Shown in pieces: positions 36,331 to 46,574 of a stretch of DNA of 46,574 nucleotides (its first letter is position 1; each line of letters begins with the position of its first letter). The stretch covers positions 39,063,309 to 39,109,882 of the forward strand of contig NC_068999.1 of assembly GCF_001194135.2 (NCBI RefSeq). Reading direction: 5' to 3'. The position numbers were made by a program, and so were the translations under genes. The notes beneath the pieces are model-generated. The model had not been told where the DNA came from. It worked only from the letters and a program-made list of their open reading frames with translations, and did no database searches. Source of the stretch: Octopus bimaculoides. Its lineage: Eukaryota.

Positions 36331-37682
36331 ATAGAATAGTCCCACAATGCTACCCAACTAAACAATTAACGAAAACAACAAAGGTATTTTAAACTATATT
36401 TTGTAAATCTTGTGTTCCTTGATTTTATTCCCATTCCATTTGTTTATGCATTCTGCTATTCGCTCCATAATAATAAAGTAAAAGGGAAAGAAAAGAAAAT
36501 TACTTGTAGAAACTTTCTGTGTGTCTAATATGAGGTAACTTTTATAATACTATATTGTTATGACTATTAACCATATTATTAGGTTTTGAAGCGTGTTCAA
36601 TAATTACATGTATATAAAAAATGTTTTACTACTAACCTTTACATCTAGCTCTAGATATAAATGCAAATGTTAACATTTGTTTTATCTATAAAGATCAAAT
36701 TAATAAACCGAAAAAGCATAATTTGATTCTTTTGAATATTTCTCTCGAAAATTATGTTCTTTGCACTTCTTTGTATATTCTTTTGACAGTTTTGTTTATG
36801 ATTTTCTTTGAGAGAATAATATTTTTTACAATTGAATTGATACTGCTTTGTTTATTTTTGGAAAGAAAACTTTAAATTTATCGTGAGATTCTTCAGAATA
36901 TTCAGCTGAAGAAATAATACTTCCTTGCTTTTCGAGCCATCAGTTCAACGGTTTTATCTATGATTTTATTAATGAACGCTTCGTGCTGTGCTTATCGTGG
37001 AATATTCGTGTGAGAGCACAAATGCAGTTTCTAGCTTTCTTTGTATCTCTACAGTATTTTACAAAACACGAGATAATTTTACTGGATAATACGGATAAAT
37101 TCACCATAACTTGCTGATAAGTAACAATATGAAAAGCCGGAAAAAGTTCAGGAAGACTGTTGTCCAACGTTTTAAGGATTTTGTTAGCATATTTCTTTAA
37201 CAAGTGGAACTTTTTGACCGTACCCCACCCCATATTGGGGAAGCACGTAACGTTCGAAGGAAGCGACAAACTGTCTGTTTCTATTGTAAGACCAATGAAT
37301 GAAATATACAACTGCTTCAGTGAGAGAATCTCAGGATTCTAATAAGAATTCTTAAAGAAATCTTGGCTTCAAAAGGTTACGAATAGCTTCAGTAATGCAT
37401 CGCTTTGGAATGGTACAGTATCTTATTGAGCTCGGAGGCAATGTTTCGCTGAAATGTTTGCTGAAGGTGTGCACAGAAATTTCTTTGGGCACAAAATTTG
37501 TCTTGGTGTTTGCACTGATCAAATATCATATTGACTACAAGGATGACCATGATTAAGTGGATATCATTTAAGACTTTATCATGAAATTATTCAATCAAAT
37601 TCTGCAATTGAAAGAAAATAATTTCATCTTGAAAACCTTGTGAGACCACGCGTTTTTCTCTGCTCGCTTGTTACAATATATT

Positions 37683-37884
37683 GGCGGCGAGCTGGTAGGA
37701 TCCTTAGCACGCCGGGCTAAATGTTTAGTGGTACTTCGGCTGCAATTACGTTCTGAGTTCAAATTCCGTACAGGTCGATTTTGCGGTCGATTAAATAAGT
37801 CCCAGTTACGCACTGGGGTTCTATGTCATCGACTTACTCCCTTTGTTTGCTCTTGTTTAGCCCCATGTGAGCAATAAAGAAATA
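37683..37884 (+). mobile_element. SINE family A
   Basis: GGCGGCGAGCTGGTAGGATCCTTAGCACGCCGGG head, TTCTGAGTTCAAATTCCG B-box, core, ..GCAATAAAGAAATAAAT tail. Confidence 0.9.
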
Positions 37885-39832
37885 AATATATGCATGTGCA
37901 TGACCGCACAACTTAGAAATTGCATTGTTCTCTCTCTGTGTCTCCTTTCCCTCTCTCCCTTTTCCCTCTTTCTCTCACTCTCTTCCTCGAAGTGGAAGCA
38001 GAGAAGGAGAAAGTAGAGGATGTAAAGGAAATTGCAATGGAAAGGGAACAAGCAAAAATGATTGCTTCCATTATCATTTGTGAGTTTGTGGACATCATTG
38101 TTATTATCTGACTTTATTCGACCTAAAATTAGAGGCAGTCGATGCCTAATATTTATTCGTGTATAATGCTTGATATTTAGTATAAAATATCGTGGTCAGA
38201 ATTATGGGGTGGTAAGTAATCTTGTGTTAAAAAGAAAGATACAATAAATATATATAGCCACTCAGCAACAAACCTCTGAAACACAAAGAAAAAAAGAGCA
38301 TACCAAAGACTGTAGCTAGAAGACATCTAACGACTAATGTATAAAAGTTTTATTTTATGTAGCTATGAAACACTTTAAAGTGCAGTGTTTATATCCGATG
38401 GCACTTGTTAATTCTGTTAGCAAGTTATTCCTGTTTGAAAGTGTCCATTCTTTAAAAGTGATTATTAAATTTAAAACGTGAAAGTTGCATCAGTGTCGCC
38501 GACTAATACTGTAAAAAAAAACGAAAATCTTCTATATACACCCGTCTGGTAAATGTATGATCTGAACAATATGATGTGTTGCTTACATGACAATATTTAA
38601 ACTTAGTCTGAGAATCGGCATTTGGAGAGGTATTATGTCTTAACCCTTTAACTGCGGAAGCCAGATATAGCATTACCCTAACTGCAGGAAACAGTCTTAT
38701 TTTCTTACCTATATTTTATTGAGGTATGTCATGTTTGAAACTGTTTTCAGTTGAGATATATCAATATTTTTCAGAAAATAATTATTTAACATCAAATAAG
38801 TATTTAAAATCAAAAGAATGGAATTTGATTTCGCATTTATTGGATTAAAAAATAGAAATTTCGTTGTTGGCTGGTGTTGGTCGGATGTCGTTTTCCAGGG
38901 AGTATTGTAAACTGCCTATCTTTCCAGGCCAAAATAATGATGTGGTACCATCTTCCCAATGAGCTATGCTGATAACCTGCTCTATCTTGCATTCACGTAT
39001 TGCTCTCTTCACTCAGAAAAGTTTCATTGTCCTGTGCTGCACATCTGTATCCGGGAGTTCATCTCGAACTCGAACCGACAATAGCCATTCATAGCACCGT
39101 CAATCAGGGTTTGTAGAAATTATTCATAGGTCTTCGATACTTTCGGTTCAAACACAAACCATCAAGTTGATCTTCGTCAAGGCCCAGATTTTGTCCGAGA
39201 ACTTTCGTAAGGCGTCGATTCGTGCCCACCACTAATCCTTTCTAGAAAGGAGGGAAATAAAATCGTCCATCGTCAGATTTGAAAGAAACATCTGTTTAAA
39301 AATTCTGGCGAATTTCATAGTCCTTAGATTGTTGGAAGAAAGGTCGCTTAAAAGGGCCAGTTTCGAGTGATGATTGAACAATACTGTCTGGGCGTCTGAC
39401 AAGATGATTTACGGTATTAGTTTGGCCGCATGCATTATCAGTTCAAATCTCTCCGCGAACTACTTGTGTGGTAAAAATCAGTCATTCGGTTTAACACCAC
39501 TACGTGGTCCTTGGATGTCATTAGCGGACGTTACTCTGTTGCAAGTAACAAAATCTATCCTGTTCTCCACACAGTATAAAAATGCTCTCTCTCTTACAGT
39601 AACAGGCTATGATGAGGTTTGGTAAAGTAAGCCCTTAAAACAAGATATTAATTACCAGTTTAGGGGGCAAGACTCTAATAAAACCAATGATGGTAATACA
39701 GGGGAAATTTTTATCATGGAGTACTATAGTTGAATGATTTAAGCAATATTGTTATAATGTATAAAGATAAAATTTAGGGTCATCAAGAAAAAAAATATTC
39801 AGAATATACAACCAAAAAGGATTCTTCAAATA

Positions 39833-40205
39833 TGTGTGGCACCTTGGGCAAGTGTATTCTACTATATACTCGGGCCGACCAAAGCCTTGTGAGTAGATTT
39901 GGTAGACGGAATCTGAAAGAAGACTGTCGCGCGCGCGCGCGCGTGTGTGTGTGTGTTTGTGTGTTTGTGTGTGTGTGTGTGCGCGCGCGCGCGCATGTTT
40001 GTGTGTCTGTGTTTGTCCTCCCCAACATCACTTGACAACCGATGCTGGTATGTTTACTTCCCCGTAACTTAGCGGTTCAGCAAAAGAGAACGGTAGAATA
40101 AGTACTAGGCTTACAAAGAATAAGTCCTGTGGTCGATTTGCTCGACTAAAGGCGGTGCTCCAGCATGGCCACCGTCAAATAACTAAAACAAGTAAAAGAG
40201 TAAAA
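39833..40205 (+). mobile_element. SINE family B (5' truncated) + (GC)n/(TG)n spacer + 3' module
   Basis: GTGGCACCTTGGGCAAGTG..GGGCCGACCAAAGCCTTGTGAGTAGATTTGGTAGACGG; then ACAACCGATGCTGG..GGTCGATTTGCTCGACTAAAGGCGGTGCTCCAGCATGGCC..AAGTAAAAGAG. Confidence 0.92.
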
Positions 40206-40507
40206 AGGATAAATGTTTGAATAATTTTGAGTATATACCAAAATTTACAACAAAAAAAATTTTTGTAATGTCTTAGTAGTTTCTAAGCTGAAACGAAAAC
40301 AGCATGGATTTTGTTTGTCTTCTTACCCACTTAGGGCATTTAACTAAAATTATACAAATGTGTCCGACTGACTCAATTAATTTTATTTATTTATTTATTT
40401 ATGCAGCCTTGTATTTAAATTGATGTAATGATTGCATTGTTCAGTTAAATGGAGCTGCTTGAAACGGTCGGACTGCATCACCTCCGGATATTCTGTTGCT
40501 TATTTTG

Positions 40508-40548
<41 letters not shown>

Positions 40549-41327
40549 TCACACACATACACGTATATGCATAAATAGAAATACACATATAATTTCATAC
40601 TGCTATGCTTATGAGGTATGAATATATGTATACATTTCATTCATCCATCTATCTATCTATCTATCTGGATGAGATCGTGTATTTACATATCATTATGCAT
40701 ATATATAGGTTTATATGTATACATACACGCACTCACAGATATATGTATGTATATATGTGTGTGTGTATATGTATATATATATATAAACACATATTTAAGT
40801 ATATAATATGTACATATCTATAATATACACTTATATACATATATATATATAATATATATGCGCATATATAACTTGTATGTAGGTATATGTATAGTGTATG
40901 CGTGTATATAATAGGAATTCATTCCAAATATATAGCAGGCTTTTGATATCAAAAGGATTGATTGATATCATAATTTCATCCGTTTGTGTAATATATTTAT
41001 TACGCCGTTTGATAACATAAAATTTCTCGACTCTTCAAAAATAGAATAAAAAAAAAATTGCTGTATGTTTTACAGTCCAGCAAGCATTATATTTGATAAT
41101 GTTCAGTAAAGCCTTTAGCTATAATTAAAAGAAACGACGTATAGGAACGCGAACTACATTGCTAGCACACATACACACATGCGGCCATATATATACATAT
41201 ACATAATTTATGAAGCTATTGTATATTTATTTAATCATAAATGTATATCCGTAATGTTTATGTATGGGTGTGTATGTTTATAGCAATGTATATATATGTA
41301 TATAAACAATTGTATATATGTCTATAA

Positions 41328-41359
<32 letters not shown>

Positions 41360-41751
41360 GCATGTATATCAAGGTACATATGTATGTGTGTGTGTGTGTG
41401 TGTGTGTATACGTATCTAATTATCAATGTATATGTCGATACGTTTGAAGATACAAGTCAATGCATTTTCGCTGTAAGTTTTCAATATTTATAACGGACAG
41501 ATTGTACAATATTTGATGCAATGGTGCTATAGTATTCGTTTAACATTCATCTGCACGAGAAAGAGAAAGCTTATTAGTTTACGCCAAGAAGTTTTAATTT
41601 TCAAAATTCTTTGAGACGCTAAATTCGATTAAATGTAAATAAAGGGGATTGCAGACCATTGTAAAATGTTCAAGAGATATATGAGAGGAATTCTTTGCAT
41701 GAAGAGAAGGTCGTTGGGCTTTATACCATTATCATTATCATCATTATCAGT

Positions 41752-41930
41752 ATCGTTAGCACACCGGGCGGTATTTCATCTACGTTCTGAGTTCAAATTC
41801 CGCCAAAGTCGACTTTGCCTTTCATCCTGTCTTGGTTGATGAAATCTGTATCAGCTAAGTGCTGGTGTCGATGTAATCGACTACCCCCCCCCTTTCCCCA
41901 GAATTTTCAAGACCTTTGCGAAGAGTAGAA
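41752..41930 (+). mobile_element. SINE family A
   Basis: ATCGTTAGCACACCGGGC..TTCTGAGTTCAAATTCCGCC..GTCGACTTTGCCTTTCATCC..GTCGATGTAATCGAC. Confidence 0.85.
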
Positions 41931-42344
41931 ATTATATTATTATTATTAATAATAATTATTATTATTAATAATAATGATTATTATTATTATTATGGCCTGG
42001 CAAGCTTCGCATGATCTCACTCCGTAGATTTTATAAGGAAAAAACACAAAATAATGTAGTTTCAGCCTTCAATTTTATACCATTCTGGCAAACAAGTTAA
42101 TTAGTGTCGAGTGATAAGATTATTTTCCTATCCTGTCCCCCAGTTTTGGGGATAGGTCAACTGATTTTGTTTTTGAATCATAGTTGTTTGCGTTTCTCCC
42201 ACCAACATGGAGAAACACAACAAAACGCGGTGATGTGGGAGAGGGGGAGATGGACCAATTAATAATGAATAGTTCGCTCTGAAAACAGCATGCTGAACAT
42301 TTAACTGCACATCGTGGTATTTTTAGCAATGGCGTTGCAGTAAG

Positions 42345-42455
42345 AGGTTTGTTTCCCAGCCACATTTTCCGGTTTCTATCACATTCCATGGCACCTGGAG
42401 CAAGTGCCTTCTTCTATAGCCTCGGGATCTGGTAAACGGAAACTGAAAGATATCT
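42345..42455 (+). mobile_element. SINE family B, degenerate
   Basis: GTTTCCCAGCCACAT..GGCACCTGGAGCAAGTGCCTTCTTCTATAGCCTCGGG..GGTAAACGGAAACTGAAAGA. Confidence 0.8.
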
Positions 42456-42508
<53 letters not shown>

Positions 42509-45500
42509 AAGAAACATTGAAGCGTTGAGTGAAGGGCTTATCTTTAGAAATTATGAAAATATCGAACACAGTAGAATCGATGTGAAAACAGCTTTGAAAA
42601 CACTGTTCTATTACCCACATATAACTCGGGTGTTGAACGTTAGAATGTTTGAGCGATATTTATTGTTATATTTCGTATTCCAATTGTTCAGTATTGCACT
42701 TAATGCAAATGTCAGCAACCTTGTAATCACTGAACAAATTGCGGTCTGGGTTAAGAACACATCTGCTGTAGTTTCCAGAAGTCGCGTTAATCTACATACG
42801 CAAGAGCACACACACACACATATATATATACTAACACGAACACACATTCACGTACACTCACTAAAATACACATTTGCCTTAAGGTGTTTCAAACGACTGC
42901 AATATTAAATTTACTTACGATAGCAAAAAATATTAAACAAAAGACAACTATAATTTGATAATATTTATTAGAAAATGTTTTGTATTCCACTGTTCTCCTC
43001 TAACATGATTTGATTTGCGTTAATTTTTCTCCATGTTTATATTTCTTGTCAGATTATTTTTCACACTATATCCGTTAGCTCATACACACACACACGCACG
43101 CACGCACGTAATAAAATCTGTCAGAATTTTTTCGCAGAAGACTCGTATATGATTGAACTAACATTTAAAAGCGATTTAAAAATAAAAATAAAATTTAGCT
43201 GCTTTGGCATATATGATAATAAATTTTCTGAAAGTAGAAATCTGTGTAAATGACCTCAGATTGGGAAATTTTTACCAAATTTCTAATTGTAAGTTATTGA
43301 AATTTTAACTTTATTTTTGTCGTCCACTCTTGATTGAAGAGAAAAGATTGGGAAACAGCCATAAGAAGTTTCCATTTCTATCATCGTCAAAGATTTGCTA
43401 GATGTCATTGAGGGAGAGGGAAATATTAATATTGTTGGTTTGAGGTGGAGGCGTGCACTGAGGGAAATAGACGCGTTGTTAAGGCTGTAGTCGTTGATAC
43501 ATATGACAGGCTTCCCAGCAGTTTCCGCGTAGCATTCCTGAAACATTGCTCGGCCCTCTGATTGCAGAGTACACAGAGCTATGCCTACGTTGGTTATATT
43601 TCTTTTGCAGATCATTATATTTGAGTAATTTCTACATTCCGTTCAGAGACTCCAGTATTATCTGCTAGGGTTGATATTTCCATAAAGTGGTACTTTCTCT
43701 CTTCCTGTCCCTAAAGTGATTCACTGCCACACATCCTGTTGTATGTTCGTGTCTTTCCTTTCCTCTGGTCATTTGATAATGCTGCAATAATCTCCACCGT
43801 ATGAAAAACCCCAACATGCCCTTCCTGGAGATGAATTCTCTCTTGATTAAGTTCAGCAGATAGAACCAGTATACCCTTTATTTCTTCCTTCCATATATTC
43901 TGCTGTTGCTTAAAATATTCGGGTTCCAAGTATGTTTCCGGAAATTTTGGTGACGAGGAGTTGATCGTATTCTGTTGTTGCTATAAATCAACTTCGAAAC
44001 TTGCATTAAAGCCAGTGAAGCGATGGAAATATATATATATATATAACTTCATTATTTGTTTCTTCATCTCCTGAATTATCTCATATTTAGTTCTATGCTA
44101 AATAATTCCCGGTTTCCTTTCTTGCTTGTTATTTATCAGCTTCTATTAACTTTCCATTTGTTTTTTACTGTATATTTTTATGATCGTAAATATTTTCTCT
44201 TAGTTTAACAAGATGCAGAAGGCTCCAGTTTTCCTGGATTCTTGGTAAATATAATTTGTTGCTGCGATAGAGATTCGATGCCCGTTAACTTATTGATTGC
44301 CTATGGATTTGTCTGTAATTTTCTATTCCAAACTGTTTCATTCATTTCTGGGTATCGTAGTGTGTTCGGTTCTTTACTTCCAAGTAATAGTACTTCTTTA
44401 TTTGAAGTAGTTCTCGTGTCTATGTTTCACTAGCTAGCATGACATAATTATTCGTAATTGCTTTTTCTCCTTTCTTCAAGCTTGTCTTGTTGCATTTTTC
44501 TAATCCTAATTACATATCAATGCCTTTATTAAATCTATATAATGCCCGCGGTAATTCGTAATATTTAAATTATCTTCAGCAGACAACCTGAGGTCGTGCA
44601 AACACGAAAAAAGCTCGATTATTATTCCTTAGCTTCTATATCCGATTCTAGTCCGGTGAAATTAATATTTTGGTAAAACGTATAAACGGCAGATTGGAAA
44701 GGAGTAAAGAGTATGCTTGCAATAATATTTTACTTCTAATAAGATTACGGTTAATATTTTTTATAGCACCATGTTTGTGTTTTCAGTCGCTTCTGTTATT
44801 GGCAGACATCTTTCGATTGACCAAGAACTTCTCCAAGGTTTTAACCTAGAAGTTACTTCCATTCGTCACTAATAACATCTTTCATCAGTTTTAAATATTT
44901 TACTCTTTCCACTTGTAGACTAATGTCATAATTCTCTGTTTATAAATTTTCCTCTCTTACTTTTTCATCAATACTTATTAATACTGAGGTTTCCATAACC
45001 TTACATGTTTTTTTTTTCCTTTTTCAATGAAAAAGACAAAGACAAAAAACGTCGCGGTTCATCTCAACCCCTCTTGCAATGTATCTACTGGTTGAGAAGC
45101 AACAAGTTAAATTAATCATAGAATTGAGGAATTTATGGCTTTTGACATGCTCATACAAAACGGTAAAAATTTCAAGCCTAATTGTTGCAATCCATTATAC
45201 ATATAGTTTTCGTTCATCATATCTGATGAAATTATTCTCATGAAGGTAGTATAACAACATCTGGTGAAAAAAACCTGCAATCTTTCGATTAAGCGATTAT
45301 TATTTTAGCTTTTGTTGAAGAAATTATCTGGCTCCAGTGAGAAATTATCTGACTCCCAATTGAGTGATCATCATTTAATTGATCTGGCTGTCATCCTGAC
45401 TTCCTGAACTGAAAATTTCAGAAGTGAGCAAGTGACGCCAGATATCAGGGAGACGCGGTCAAATTTTTGCCAGCTCAGTTTACTTCTCGCTCTATAATGC

Positions 45501-46002
45501 TTGCCACATTACTAAAGTAAATTAATAAATTAATAAGCGAAAACAGCTTCAACACTAATATGCTTCACTAATTTAAACATATTAATGAGTTTATCTGACA
45601 GATCTTTTCAAATCACACATCATCTAACTCGTCCACTTAAGTCCGTCCGTTTTCTTTCCACGCTTACCGACAATGGCACTAACAAGTCTATCTGCAAATG
45701 CCGGCTGTTTCAGTAACGCTGCTGCTACATATCTCTGTTGTATGTAGAGGTTGGCATTAACATAATTAGTTATTCCTTCTGTTCAAAGCATTCAGTTCAG
45801 ATCAATGATTTATGTTAAACAAGTGTAATTATCAATTTGCAAACTAGCAATAATCGTAATCTTTCCTACCGTCCGTTCTGTAACACTGCTGCTACAACCA
45901 GCCACTCTAACGTATATATCATTAAGTTGGAATCATCAATTATAATAATTCCTATTGATTTTCTCCTGGAAAGAATTCCTCTCAGAAGAGCAAAATTAAT
46001 TT

Positions 46003-46037
<35 letters not shown>

Positions 46038-46511
46038 TGGGGAGTGTATGCGTTAAAATATTTATATATTTATAAATATACTTATATGTAGACAGAAATC
46101 CGTAAACACGCATATATATAAGAATATACGTATAAGTATACCAGTCCAAACATTTGTGTGTGTGTACGTGCGTGTGTGTGTGTATGTTTTGCATCTTGTC
46201 TAAAGATAGTAAGTCTTATATGAGCCATCTTTACATAAATGGATTCTGATGACATATGCTTGAATGCCATAAGCAGCACTCTAAATAGGCAGACACAATA
46301 ACTAAACAACAGAAGACGAACAGAAGTAAGATGACAGTAAATGATTCCAAGTGTAATATTTATATCAGAGAGCCTTCTCTTCGATTTTCTCCAGAAATGG
46401 CTATTTACAATTTAGTGATAGTTGCATTTTGGAAATATTACCACTGCATTTACCGATTGGTTTATTGTGACCCGGAAATAAACAGCATCATGTGTTTATA
46501 TATCTATGTAT

Positions 46512-46574
<63 letters not shown>

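Noticed and set aside
39240-39285. Minus-strand CTGACGA-T-GGA..TCC
   Set aside because: GAAA is not adjacent to the stem; the sequence is better read as a splice-acceptor pyrimidine tract.

Overview
AT-rich eukaryotic genomic DNA with dense (TA)n/(CA)n/(CT)n microsatellites and many N-gaps. The SINE families and repeat landscape look like a cephalopod, probably an Octopus draft scaffold; this is an inference. Nearly all ORFs in the supplied track are artefacts of microsatellites or N-runs. No complete host gene is identifiable; there is one plausible internal exon near 3.03-3.20 kb. The window is mostly mobile-element relics: two tRNA-headed SINE families, a 5'-truncated Penelope-like element (RT thumb + GIY-YIG), a HERO-like REL-endonuclease 3' end, an RTE-like 3' end, a degraded Maverick/Polinton capsid-like region and a CCHC zinc-knuckle ORF1-like element. 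The most striking signal is absent from the ORF track: type I hammerhead ribozyme (HHR) motifs sit in head-to-head inverted repeats at three loci (2.0, 12.8-15.2 and 33.2-33.4 kb). At 12.8-15.2 kb two ~400-bp HHR-bearing arms (roughly 90% identical by eye) bracket an apparently ORF1-only zinc-knuckle retroelement. The 3' tail of that element resembles the tail of the abundant local SINE. All alignments and folds were done by eye; no database search was run.
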